This document shows positions 51,861 to 62,899 of a stretch of 64,000 bases of DNA, piece by piece. The stretch is from a virus. A program made the position numbers and the translations under genes. The number at the start of each line of letters is the position of its first letter. The first letter of the stretch is position 1. The notes below the pieces were generated by a model. It saw only the letters and a list, made by a program, of their open reading frames with translations. It was not told the DNA's origin and made no database searches. The DNA lies in the IMG/VR virus record IMGVR_UViG_3300018080_000001, positions 106,100 to 170,099 of that record. The stretch is one strand, 5' to 3'.

Positions 51861-52793
51861 TTAGGTCTCCTGATCGGGATTATAATCTTCAGGTTTCTCA
51901 AAACCAAAGGACTTGGCTACACCTTCAGCCGCTGTCTTGGTCTCAGGAGGAACTCCCAAAGCATACTTTTGATCCGGATGTGTGGAATCAGTAACAATAA
52001 CGAATAGCGATTCGTCATCATTTCCATCAATACCCGTGATACTAACAAGCTTGCCACGATTATCTTCTTGAATGAGCTTGGCTCCAGCATCCTCAAGAAA
52101 CTTCGCAAACCCGTATTTCTCAATCATCGCTCTACGAATCTCTTGGTTCTCTTCACCAAAAATATTCGTCTTGTCCAGCTTCTCCGGCTCCTCAACAATC
52201 CAACCGGGAATTCTAGTACCGTGCCAAGCGTATACGGAATATCCGTCCCTATACTTCACTGCCGGACCATCTTCACAATGCAAGCGGCCTTCATCATCAC
52301 GCTTCAGTACTTCCGGCCTATCACAAATAATACAAGCATACTCGAACGGCCACCACCAATGTGCACTCTTGGCCACTTCCATCTGTCCCTCCAGCGGTGC
52401 AATGATGTCCGGGAGGTAAGGATTGAAGAAATCATAGAATGACAACCAACCTGCGCTGTGTTGCCCGTAACAGCAATTATTGAGCTGCTCTCTGATTTCC
52501 TCATTGGTCACGTCTGGAAGTGGTGGATCTCCTTCTTCGGGAATGCCACCGGCTTTTACCCATTGTGCGGCCAATGTAACGCCAGCCAACGGGCTATCTA
52601 CCCAGGCAAGGGTATGGATGGCTTCAGGGTCAAGGTTAGCTGCTTTGTAAGCTTTACGGATGCCCTCTTCAGCTCTTGGACGATCTGCCGGTTCAGTAGA
52701 CAAACCGATCTTTATCCACTGATCCCTAACGACAGGAATCCTTGCTTCCATCTCTGGGGTCAACTCTTCAATTCTCCTAGTTTCTTCGCTCAT
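51861..52793 (-). CDS. DUF6745-like protein
   Basis: WIKIGLSTEPADRPRAE, WVDSP, YGQHSAGW, RDDEGRLHCEDGPAVKYRDGYSVYAWHG, NQEIRRAMIE. Confidence 0.8.
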   Translation of the reverse strand: MSEETRRIEELTPEMEARIPVVRDQWIKIGLSTEPADRPRAEEGIRKAYKAANLDPEAIHTLAWVDSPLAGVTLAAQWVKAGGIPEEGDPPLPDVTNEEIREQLNNCCYGQHSAGWLSFYDFFNPYLPDIIAPLEGQMEVAKSAHWWWPFEYACIICDRPEVLKRDDEGRLHCEDGPAVKYRDGYSVYAWHGTRIPGWIVEEPEKLDKTNIFGEENQEIRRAMIEKYGFAKFLEDAGAKLIQEDNRGKLVSITGIDGNDDESLFVIVTDSTHPDQKYALGVPPETKTAAEGVAKSFGFEKPEDYNPDQET

Positions 52794-52840
52794 TTTTCTA
52801 GTTTTCCTTTCTCAAAAGTTAAAAAATTGTTAACTGAAAA

Positions 52841-53029
52841 TTACTTTTTCAAATTTTGTAAAATATTGTTATAAGTAAAATCAAAAATTATACTATCTGC
52901 TATTTCTTTATTAAATTTCTTAATTGGAATGAGTAATGTTCCTTTAGTGGAATCCCATATTCTCTCACGAACTTCTCCACTAATATCATATTGTATACGT
53001 CTCAAAACATTCTTTCCTAAAGTCTTCAT
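52841..53029 (-). CDS. MKxLGK-family microprotein
   Basis: MKTLGKNV. Confidence 0.6.
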   Translation of the reverse strand: MKTLGKNVLRRIQYDISGEVRERIWDSTKGTLLIPIKKFNKEIADSIIFDFTYNNILQNLKK

Positions 53030-53252
53030 TTTAATTAACCGCACAAGCTCTGTTAAATAAAAAATTACTTTTTATATTTTTATTATTTAACGAGGAAATA
53101 AAATCATTAAACGAAATATTATTTTTTATAAAATTTATATAGCCCCAAAATATGAAATGTCCGAAAAGAACAAAGATTGTATCGGCTAAAAAACAATTAC
53201 AAAAGGGTTCGATACTTTTTCCAATATCTCAAAGAAACATAACTTATTAGTT

Positions 53253-53987
53253 TTAAATATCTTTAATCCTTTGTTTAGCAATTATAAAATATTCTTTGTC
53301 TTTTTCAATACCTATAAAATTACGTTTAAGTTTTTTACAGGCTACACCTGTACTGCCACTTCCCATTGTGAAATCTAAAACTGTTTCGCCTTCCAAAGTA
53401 TATGTTTCTATTAGGTATTCGAGTAAATCAACTGGCTTTTGTGTTGGATGTAACGATTTACCTTTATCCGCAGAACAGCTACGAAAATACAGCGTTTCAT
53501 TAGGATATGACATATTTACAGGAATTTCTCTTTTTGATTCCGCAGTCATTTTGCCGTAATTATCAGCTTGTTTCCTTTTAGTTCTTGGGGGCCTTATATT
53601 TTTAGGGTCTTTTTTTGTTAGTTGCGGTTGGTATAGACATTGTTTTTTGTAAAATACTGAAATTATTTCATTTCTTCTCATTGGTTGCTTTTTTGCATTT
53701 AGATGATTAGTGGCCTTATCTTTTTGCCAGATCCAGTCATACTTGAACATTCTTAAATTACTCACCCTTAACATGCTAGAAAAAGGTTCAACACCAAATA
53801 GGCATATAGCACCGCTGTCCTTGATGATACGCTTTAATTCCTTCCACATAGGCTCAAATTCAATAACTATGTCCCATTTACATTGTGTTATATTGTAGGG
53901 AGGGTCAGTAATAACACAATCTATCGATTTATCAGGTATTTCCTTCATTCGTTCTAAACAATCTCCAAACATCAATTTTCTTTTCAT
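53253..53987 (-). CDS. DNA N6-adenine/N4-cytosine methyltransferase (beta class)
   Basis: DPPY, HPTQKP, VLDFTMGSGSTG. Confidence 0.92.
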   Translation of the reverse strand: MKRKLMFGDCLERMKEIPDKSIDCVITDPPYNITQCKWDIVIEFEPMWKELKRIIKDSGAICLFGVEPFSSMLRVSNLRMFKYDWIWQKDKATNHLNAKKQPMRRNEIISVFYKKQCLYQPQLTKKDPKNIRPPRTKRKQADNYGKMTAESKREIPVNMSYPNETLYFRSCSADKGKSLHPTQKPVDLLEYLIETYTLEGETVLDFTMGSGSTGVACKKLKRNFIGIEKDKEYFIIAKQRIKDI

Positions 53988-54142
53988 ATCCTATCCTTGT
54001 AGCTATTTAATTATATTAAGCCTCGACTTTTACTTGTTGTCAAGATATAGTTATCTATTATTTTCTGTTGTTACTTTATATATAGTAACGCTATTATCGT
54101 ATGATAAATCAAATTTCTTATAAAAGTTATATCCTGTGTCTT

Positions 54143-54427
54143 TCATGATTTAAACTCATATAAAGGTTTGTAATAAATTATATTAAATATAGATTCTTCT
54201 CTAAAAAAATGGTGAACTACAGATGCCTGGATAGGATCTCGCATATTAAAACTAACAACGTCACTAACTGAGTCTTCAATTTTATAAATATTCTTTAGAC
54301 ATGGAGCCCTATACCGAATACCCGCGTAAAAACTTGTATCAGCACCAAAAATAACATTAATATTTCGGTTTTTACCACGGACTAACCGATCAATATCCGG
54401 CCACGTGCTATAACCTGTGGGTTTCAT
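54143..54427 (-). CDS. MKxLGK-family microprotein (diverged)
   Basis: MKPTGYS; C-terminus similar to 56461 and 49819. Confidence 0.55.
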   Translation of the reverse strand: MKPTGYSTWPDIDRLVRGKNRNINVIFGADTSFYAGIRYRAPCLKNIYKIEDSVSDVVSFNMRDPIQASVVHHFFREESIFNIIYYKPLYEFKS

Positions 54428-54501
54428 ATATAATATAAATCCGTATACACTAAGTTTTTCAAAGTTTATGATATCTATAAATTTATATACAAGTAATATA
54501 T

Positions 54502-55212
54502 CTAAACAGTAAGATTATTATATAATCTATTTTCACCATATTTCTCTATCATTGCTTTACGAACTTTATCCTGCTCTTCTTTCAAAATTGCTTCTATCGT
54601 AAACTTTTCTGGTTCTTCATACACCCATCTTGGCAAAGGAACTCCGTGCCAAAAATATAGTTTATAACCATCTAGATAAGCAATAGCCGGTCCGTCTTCA
54701 CAATGAAGCCTGGCTAGACTATCCCTTTCACAAATAATGGGACGCTCACACAAAATACAAGCTGTCTCAAAGGGTTGCCACCAATGAGCATTACTTAACA
54801 CATCAAAAATAGCTTGTAATGAATTGACTTCACTGTCAGAAAGAGTATCCTGAAAAAAAAGACAAAATGATGAGTATTCACTACCATAGATATTATTTAC
54901 ACTGTAAATAGAATCTGCATAAGGTTTTATCTCATCAAAAGTAACTTCGGGAAGCCTTGTGTCGCCATAAGCGTAAGGCATTTGTCCTTTTTCCCACTGT
55001 GCCGCCAACTTTACAAGCTGCGTAGGTGATTTAACCCATTCGATAACTTCAGGAGGATCTATATTAACTGCCTTGTAGGCCCCAATTACACCGTTTTCAG
55101 CTTTTTCTTTATCAATAGGTTTAGCATTAAAAAGAGATGCATCTGTTAAAAAATTAGGCGTCAGAGATGATTTTAAAAAAATTTCTTCTAGTTTTACTTG
55201 ATCTTCATACAT
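54502..55212 (-). CDS. Second DUF6745-like protein (C-terminally shorter)
   Basis: WVKSP, AHWWQPF, RLHCEDGPAIAYLDGYKLYFWHGV. Confidence 0.8.
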   Translation of the reverse strand: MYEDQVKLEEIFLKSSLTPNFLTDASLFNAKPIDKEKAENGVIGAYKAVNIDPPEVIEWVKSPTQLVKLAAQWEKGQMPYAYGDTRLPEVTFDEIKPYADSIYSVNNIYGSEYSSFCLFFQDTLSDSEVNSLQAIFDVLSNAHWWQPFETACILCERPIICERDSLARLHCEDGPAIAYLDGYKLYFWHGVPLPRWVYEEPEKFTIEAILKEEQDKVRKAMIEKYGENRLYNNLTV

Positions 55213-55249
55213 TTACATTTCTCCTTTCAAATTTTATCGACACAAATAT

Positions 55250-55278
55250 ATTATAAAACCTAACAACAAGGCTGTCAA
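55250..55278 (-). promoter_or_regulatory. Consensus sigma70 promoter
   Basis: TTGACA-17-TATAAT upstream of the 55212 start. Confidence 0.8.
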
Positions 55279-55338
55279 TATCTTGAGATAATTTTTTTAA
55301 TTTTTATGTGATATAATGTAGCGTAGCATACAAAAATC

Positions 55339-55887
55339 TTATGTATCTTCGTTATCCAATATTTCCTTCATACGCTCTATACCTATATAATTCTGGACCT
55401 TTCCAATGTCTTCTTCCATTTTATGACATTGTTTTTTCAAAATTTCATAAGACTTTTCTAGTTCTAAAATAGTTTCTGTCTTCTCTTCAAGTCTTGTTTT
55501 ATGAAGCTTTACAGAGTCCTTCCACTTTTTTTCGACTACTTGGTACTCAGCTTCTAATTCTTTTAATTCTCTTCCTAATTTTTTGTTAGCTTCCATCAAA
55601 TCATTTTTGATTCTATCTGACGTTTCCAAAACAGCACGAATTCTTACAAGTTCACTTTTATCGTCTTTATCCAATTCCATAATGAAATAAGTACTTGTGT
55701 TGTGAACTGGTTTGCATACGTCTACAGTATCATTTGTATAACCACCATTATTAACAGGATTAGGATTAACTTCTTTACAATAAACAGTAGAACCTATCGT
55801 TTCTTGATAAATTTCCCGCAAACTATAACCAATTTTAGAAAGACGCTCTACTGCACTTTGTTCATTAACTATTTTTGTAATGATCAT
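55339..55887 (-). CDS. Coiled-coil hypothetical protein
   Basis: ORF track. Confidence 0.6.
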   Translation of the reverse strand: MIITKIVNEQSAVERLSKIGYSLREIYQETIGSTVYCKEVNPNPVNNGGYTNDTVDVCKPVHNTSTYFIMELDKDDKSELVRIRAVLETSDRIKNDLMEANKKLGRELKELEAEYQVVEKKWKDSVKLHKTRLEEKTETILELEKSYEILKKQCHKMEEDIGKVQNYIGIERMKEILDNEDT

Positions 55888-56249
55888 TGTTTTTTTCCTC
55901 CTCTATAGTCATAAATTACCAAGTCCGCCTTCTGTGCTTCGCGTTTCATGCTCGCTGTTCCTCGTCCTCCGGGAAATAAAGCAACGGCATCAGCATACTC
56001 GGCCATAACTTTATTCCTAATGGGTCCTGCTGCTCTACCATGAATATGCCATTCAGCCCTAATTATTTTAAGAGCTATGTCCCGATTCCATGCCCACATT
56101 TCACCACCAGCATCAGCGCCTGGTGCTCCACCACTGATAATCTCCTCAACATCGGGAATAGCATCCAATTTTTCGTAGTCTTCTTGTGTCAGAGTATAAT
56201 CTCTTCCACCGGCAATAATTAATTTTATACCCAATTTGTTTACCTCCAA
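55884..56249 (-). CDS. SLOG family (YspA/DUF2493) protein
   Basis: IIAGGRDY, ISGGAPGAD, AAGPIRN..MA, FPGGRGT. Confidence 0.85.
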   Translation of the reverse strand: MEVNKLGIKLIIAGGRDYTLTQEDYEKLDAIPDVEEIISGGAPGADAGGEMWAWNRDIALKIIRAEWHIHGRAAGPIRNKVMAEYADAVALFPGGRGTASMKREAQKADLVIYDYRGGKKQ

Positions 56250-57510
56250 TCTATAAATGATTCTGTTCTATCCTGCGACATATCACATATTAAATCTCTG
56301 AGAGAGATTTCAACAAGATGGTAAACTTTATGAACAAGATCTTTCTCAATATAACGAAAAATCATATGCCCCATATCTGTTATATCATATCCGAGCCAAT
56401 CAATAATCGATCCATAAGGGGAATATACAAATAGACTCACTTTGCTTTTTCCAAGATATTTCATTTCTTAAACTCATACGAATGTATATAATAAATAATA
56501 TTATTTTTAGATTTTTTCTCAAAAAAAGGAGAGTGCAAGGAAGAATCAATACTAGCACTTATAAATATATCAACTAAGCCTATAAGTTCTTCCTTAATTT
56601 TAGATAATTTTCCTAAATCTTGAACTTTTGACCAAAAAATAATATAAGATCCAAAATCTGTAAAAGAATTATCGATATTTTTTTTAACACTATATGAATT
56701 AGCATCAAAATTCCACCAAACATCATTATAGCCTAAAGATTTCATTTCTTAATCTCATAGATAGGAATGTGCGTAAGTATATTTAATTGCCTCATCGTTA
56801 TCTTACACACAGGATAATTAATAGAATCCCGTATAACATTACCGGTAAAAGAATCTATGCGATGGTCATCTTTCAAAAAATAAGAAGTCAAAATATAATA
56901 AGACACACTCTGCCCCATTAATATATTTTTTCTAATATAATAATAAATATCCATATGTATATGCCCAAATTTATTGCATATACCCAAATTGCCCATCTTT
57001 TTACCGTATAAGAATTCTGACGACACTAAAGATTTCATGCGGTATTCCTCTTAATATCGTATCTGATAAATTTATTAAAAGTATATACTACATCAGAAAC
57101 GTCTACTGATTCTTTAAAAAGCACTTTACCTGTTATAATATTAGAAACATAGTCCGGAACTTCTATGGACAATATTATAGGAAAAACTGTATAACCACCT
57201 GAACGAAATACCGCGTCAAAACTTGAAATATATTTTGTATGACCAGTTTTTCCTAAACTTTTCATCACTTAACCTCATGAATAGGAAGAAGATAAATTAA
57301 ATCATTTTTTCTTATTTCTATATGGTAAACAGGATTATCAACAGAAGCACTTATTAACTTAAGACAAGCTCTTATGTTGCCTATATATAAATGCAAAGTA
57401 TAATTTCTTAAACTCGCATTCATAAATTTCGCCTTACTAGAAAAATAAGGATAAAAAGTACTATCATTTATTCTAGTGATACTCGAAGTACATTTTCCCA
57501 CGGCTTTCAT
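56240..57510 (-). other. Array 2: five diverged MKxLGK microprotein genes
   Basis: 56240-56464, 56461-56745, 56742-57038, 57035-57268, 57265-57510. Confidence 0.7.
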
Positions 57511-57519
57511 ACATATAAA

Positions 57520-58158
57520 TTACTTGGCTGGAAAATAATCTTTTATAGTATTTTTCAAGATCTTATATAACTGATCTGATATATTAAATCGCTTTTTGTT
57601 ATATTCTAGGCTTTTGTCTATATCCCCGTCCTTCATTCTCTCTACAGCAGCTCGCCAATCACACAACATCTCCATCAAATCCACGAGATTCATTTCATCA
57701 ATTCCCGTAGTAAAATGTTCCGGATGATGTCTATTGCCGAGATAATGATGGACAAGGGCAACATTCATAAACTCTAAATTCTTATTATACTCTTCACCCC
57801 CGTACTCACTATTAGCCAGCTTCTTTGTGTACTCCGCGAATACAGATACTTCAGGTTGCGATAGTTTACTTTTATCGTGTCTAAGAGAACGGTGTAGTAT
57901 ATCGGTAATTAATATACTTAGTAAATTCTGTACACGATTTATATGTTCCCAAGTTTCTGCGTTTGTTGCTTTCTCTTCTATAGTTAGTTCCTTATCCGAT
58001 TCATCTTTAAATTCTTTTTTCTCTGCTTCATTCATATCGCTCTCCTCATAAATTTCGCCAAAGAAACCTTCGTAACACGGAGCATTATAACAAATAAGTT
58101 TCTTAGTGTATAAATCTTTTTCCGCTGTCATCTTTTTACATCGGGGACAATATTCCAT
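57520..58158 (-). CDS. HD-superfamily (DUF5662-like) protein with N-terminal zinc ribbon
   Basis: HINRV, HDKSK, HHY..NRHHPEHF, EMLCDW. Confidence 0.75.
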   Translation of the reverse strand: MEYCPRCKKMTAEKDLYTKKLICYNAPCYEGFFGEIYEESDMNEAEKKEFKDESDKELTIEEKATNAETWEHINRVQNLLSILITDILHRSLRHDKSKLSQPEVSVFAEYTKKLANSEYGGEEYNKNLEFMNVALVHHYLGNRHHPEHFTTGIDEMNLVDLMEMLCDWRAAVERMKDGDIDKSLEYNKKRFNISDQLYKILKNTIKDYFPAK

Positions 58159-58160
58159 TT

Positions 58161-59686
58161 TTATTCCTTTATACTTTTTAAAATTAAATTAGTGTGCATT
58201 TTAATTAAATGAACGTGCACGCCCATTGTTCTGGGTGATGCCTTTACACTAATTTTCAGCATACCGCTGTAATGTATATTATTATCCAAAAAATAAAAAT
58301 ATAATTTATGAAATTTATCTTTCATTTTCTCGTCTATATGTTTTCCCACGGGTATCATTTGATATAATTTCTAGTTTCTATTAATTCACATACAAAATTA
58401 GACATTTCAAATATACGTAAAAATTATTTCTACTAATAAGCTCTCTATAAGACCACGCTGCACTAACAAGCTAAATTCTTTCACCCATCGGTTTCATTAT
58501 TAATATTTCTCCGGACTACAGATTGAATAAGAATATCAAGCATAAAATCTAAGCTGTCAAAAGCTATACCATTGGGAGATTCTGTACAAAGTAAAAAAGA
58601 ATTAATCGTTTTCTTCAAATCCTGTCGCACGTGATAACTTGTAGGGTATAGAACCCTATCCCTGTATAATAATTTTCCTAAATATTTCATCCTAAATAAC
58701 CAATTTATAAAAAGTCAGATCTAATAAAGATTCTAATACTTTCGATATCATGTTTCATATATTCTATAGCCTTACGCACAGGATTCCATGCCCAATCATT
58801 AACAGTAAAAAGTAAATTATATTTAACAGAATTAGAAACATTTGCATAAGACATCATTTTTATATTGTCGTTAATATTTTTACCCTTGTGTTTCATTTCT
58901 TATACTCCGCAAAACAACAGTCCTAACCCATAAATCTAATATAGAATCTAACGAATTCATACTTGCACTCAAAACATAGTCATGATTTAAAATTCTTTGT
59001 GAAACATAAAGTCTTAATTTTTGATTAGCACACGAATTCACTACGTATGAAATCTTAATATTAAGATGGTCACTAGCACAAGTATTGTTGTTAATTATAT
59101 TTTTTCCGGAATTCTTCATTATAAACCCGCGACTAAACATTCCTCCACAGAAGATATAACAATTTCTACAGGTAATTCAATAGAAAGTAACATTGCATGA
59201 TATACATAGTCACGAACAGAATAAATAGAAAACTTTACGTTAATACCTACGTTGGTCCATATAAAAGAGTTTTCTTCTTCTATTACATCAGATCTATAGT
59301 TTCCTAAGTACTTCATTAAAATTTCCTCGTCTCTTGTGTATAGTTAGTTATTTGTTGTATAAAAAAAGAATAAACATTAGATATAAAAGTATTATTAGCA
59401 TTTAAAACTTCAAAAATATAAATACATAGGCGAGGATTACAAAAAGAATTATAGGCATGAACAAAAGACATGAGTTCAAAACTTTCTATCAGTTTAGATC
59501 TGACATTTTTACCCTGTAGTTTCATGCTAGACCTGCTCTTAAATTAAGAAGTAACGGATTGCTAATATTGACATCAAAAGTATACTCAAGCCAAATCCAA
59601 CCCAGAGTAAGATACATGTTATTAAGTAAATCTACGTAATTCTGTTGTCTACAAAGTACTTCAATATTATTTCCTATGTATTTCAT
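58161..59686 (-). other. Array 3: seven diverged MKxxG(K/N) microprotein genes
   Basis: 58161-58358, 58481-58690, 58705-58896, 58880-59119, 59119-59316, 59316-59525, 59522-59686. Confidence 0.65.
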
Positions 59687-60069
59687 TTAATACTGTGAAA
59701 AATATCTTCAACAGATTTTTTTGTGTTTTCTAATAACTCGTTCTTCTTTTTAAAATACGATGCAACATTATATCTGTTATTCCATAAGAATGCTTCATAT
59801 GTATAAAGACTATTACACATGCATCCAACTACATGATCCTCCGCAAAATGTATAACACCGACAGAACAGCTTCCAACATCTATACAAGCATCAGGATCAT
59901 CTTTGGCTCTTTTTTCAAGATCCTCTAATTCTCCGTCATCAAAATTAAATCCGCCATCTGACGAAAAATAAGTACGGCCACAAACACACGTCCAACGGCA
60001 TGATCCGTGACTACAAAACGCATCAACAAATTCATCACTGGGTTTTTTATCAGAATAGATAGGTAACAT
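59683..60069 (-). CDS. Cys-rich hypothetical protein
   Basis: CVCGRTYF...GCMC. Confidence 0.6.
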   Translation of the reverse strand: MLPIYSDKKPSDEFVDAFCSHGSCRWTCVCGRTYFSSDGGFNFDDGELEDLEKRAKDDPDACIDVGSCSVGVIHFAEDHVVGCMCNSLYTYEAFLWNNRYNVASYFKKKNELLENTKKSVEDIFHSIK

Positions 60070-60102
60070 CGTTTGACCTTTCTTTACACGTTATATACGC
60101 AT

Positions 60103-60285
60103 TTAATTTAGCATAGAATTTTTTATCACAAAATCTACATTAAAAAAATATACTTCGGTAATCAAGCAATCTACTTCACCCCAGACTTCAAATTCACACA
60201 GTACATCGTTATGAAATAGATTACTTACACGGCCTATATACTCATATGCCACTGCTTTTACTACGTTATTTCCCAGGGTTTTCAT
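60103..60285 (-). CDS. MKxLGK-family microprotein
   Basis: MKTLGNNV. Confidence 0.55.
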   Translation of the reverse strand: MKTLGNNVVKAVAYEYIGRVSNLFHNDVLCEFEVWGEVDCLITEVYFFNVDFVIKNSMLN

Positions 60286-60316
60286 CCTGATTTCATTATA
60301 TTCTTATCTATATTAT

Positions 60317-61036
60317 TTAATCTATCCGCAACAAACTTTCCAATTCATCAATTTCTTCTCGTGTCATACCTCCCGGATTTTCTTTACTCTTCTCTCCTTT
60401 TGCAGACTCTTTAAATAGTTCTAAAATCCTAATCCTATAATCATCACCCCTGTCCGTCCAATCATTAAATAATTTTATTGCCTCAGCCGGTCTCATAAAA
60501 TAACCTTTTCTCGTATACTTGCAACAGCGGAGAAGAGAACTAATAGGGCAATGTATATTCTTTAAACGTAAAATCTTTTTCCTTTCATCTGCTTCAAATT
60601 GCTCATCTACCAAAACTTCCGTAGAAGATATAATCGCAGCCCTAGCAATAGTAAAATCAAAATTATCTAGTATCTCTTCCACAGAACCAAGAGTAACTAC
60701 ACTCCCTTCAGTAACAGGTTTAATAATCTGAGGAATTGGAAGATAGTCTAACTGATCTTTTTTATCTTCTTTAGGTTGTAAGGTTATAGATACTTTATTT
60801 TCATGTCGTTTTTCAAAACCCATAGACGTTAAAGCTTTAAAAACTTTTTCTGAAGCTCCTTCAGTCCTGGGGAATATATCTACGTCACCAGCAAGGACTA
60901 GTCTTTGCATAGGAAGCGGAGATGCACAATATCTTGCGTAACCTCCACAAATAACAGCATTTGATTCCTGACAAATTTTGAAAAAATCTTTTATTTCGTA
61001 AAAACCTCTTTTTAATTCTATTGTTTTATAACTCAT
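60317..61036 (-). CDS. Pol-beta-type nucleotidyltransferase (CCA-adding/poly(A) polymerase head-like)
   Basis: ICGGYAR, GDVDIF, FDFTI; start probably MSYKT. Confidence 0.75.
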   Translation of the reverse strand: MSYKTIELKRGFYEIKDFFKICQESNAVICGGYARYCASPLPMQRLVLAGDVDIFPRTEGASEKVFKALTSMGFEKRHENKVSITLQPKEDKKDQLDYLPIPQIIKPVTEGSVVTLGSVEEILDNFDFTIARAAIISSTEVLVDEQFEADERKKILRLKNIHCPISSLLRCCKYTRKGYFMRPAEAIKLFNDWTDRGDDYRIRILELFKESAKGEKSKENPGGMTREEIDELESLLRID

Positions 61037-61070
61037 TTTAATACCTATCTTTATTTGCTTAAACAAAATA

Positions 61071-61138
61071 GGGCTACCGGATTTATCGAAGATCCTACAC
61101 TGGTGATGAGGTGTATCAGCAAAATGCTGAGATAGCCC
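61071..61138 (-). ncRNA. 68-nt cloverleaf-like element
   Basis: GGGCTATC/GGTAGCCC closing stem with three hairpins, one carrying TTCGAT. Confidence 0.4.
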
Positions 61139-61384
61139 TTGTGATCGTGAATCCTACTCATACCCAATTGGAATAAAGATATTTGTTTTTATAGGATAGA
61201 ACTTCTAGAGACACTGAAGTTTTCACTGAACAAAAAACCCAATCACCAGGAATATAATGGTGAAATTTTAGACACGAGACAGTGCTAGACTGCCTGTTGT
61301 ATGGTATGTTGTTCATTCAGCACTCCAAAAATCCTAAGACACCATTGTCCCACAATCACATAGATAAATTACTTTTGGTTATTA

Positions 61385-62899
61385 TTAGGTTTTTGTTCTA
61401 AACGAAGAAATATCTTCATATATAAAATAGTATAGCATATTTAATGTATGATCCGGTATGATATTCATATCTATGAAGTTTTTAATAGACCAATATATTC
61501 TTGCTCCAATTCCCTCTTGAACCTGCGAATAAAAGACATCTTGATAGGCTAGCCAATCAGTATACTTACGCAAACACATCGGAGATTTATGATGCTTTTC
61601 AGCTCTAACTGATTTTCCTAATGTTTTCATAATAAACTCCATCTTAACCAGACTTCAATTGGCAATTTCACATGCACATAAACAGCGCCTTTAACAGAAT
61701 TATCGTTTTCAATTCTAAAAGGTTGAAAAGTCATTTGTACATATACATAAAATTTAGGAACGGTTCCGACTTTATTAAAATTAGGTAAAGCCCAAGATTC
61801 CTTCAAACGTGCCTGAAATGCAAATATAGAAATAGCTTTGTTGCCTATGATTTTCATTCTAATTTTTCCTTTATTGAAACTCTAACTAGAACTCTAAGTA
61901 AATCCATAATTAAAAACCTGATTGAACCACTAACTGAACCCCAAAATGAGCCCCAAAGTGAAATTGAAGTACTAAGTGAATAACTAACTGAATAATTAAA
62001 TAGTCTCTCGACTAAATCTCCAACTAACTTTACAACTAAATTGCTAACTGGTTTTCCTAATGTTTTCATTTTATAGACCTAATTGAAATCCAAACTGAAG
62101 TTCTAACTGAATTCCTAACTGAATTACTAACTAAAACCCAAACTGAATTCCTAACTAAATTACTAACTAAATGCCTAATTGAATTACCAACTAAAGACCT
62201 AATTGAATTACCAACTAAAGACCTAATTGAAGTACTATCGGAAATAATAATGTAAGCATTAATAGAATCATCAACTAAACCCGCAACACTCTTACCTATA
62301 GCTTTCATTGTTCTATACTTTCTTTAACTAAAGCCCAAACTGAATTCCTAACTAAATCAATAACTGAATAACTAACTGAATATCTAACTGAATATCTAAC
62401 TGAATATCTAACTGAATCCCAAACTGAATCACTAACTGAATATCCAACACTTTTACCTATAATTTTCATTGTTCTGTAATTTCTTTAATTGAATGGATAA
62501 TTAAATTCCAAACTGCATTACTAAGTGAATTCCATACTGAACCTCTAACTGAATTACTACGTAAATACTCAACTGAAACCCCGACTGAATACCTAGCTGA
62601 AGCACTAACCGCGTACCCAACTAAAACCTTAACACTCGTACCTGTAGCTTTCATTGTTCTATGCTTTCTTTAATTGAATTATAAAATAAAGCCCTAACTG
62701 AATTCCAAACTGAATTCCTAACTGAATTCCAAACTGAATTCCAAACTGAATACAAAACTGAATTATTAACTGAATTCCAAACTGAATCACTAACTAAAGG
62801 CCTAACTAAAGGCCTAACTGAATTCCTAACTGAATACAAAACTGAATCCCAAACTGGATTACTAACTGAAGCTTTAACAGATTCTCCTAATATTTTCAT
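61385..62899 (-). other. Array 4: seven MKxLGK microprotein genes
   Basis: 61385-61630, 61627-61857, 61854-62069, 62066-62308, 62305-62469, 62466-62654, 62651-62899; ATGA overlaps. Confidence 0.8.
61870..62870 (-). repeat. 12-bp Ser-Val-x-x coding repeats
   Basis: aactgaattcca / aactgaatatct units. Confidence 0.9.

Noticed and set aside
47524-62899. Diversity-generating retroelement
   Set aside because: No reverse transcriptase in the window and no TR/VR pair differing only at adenines was seen
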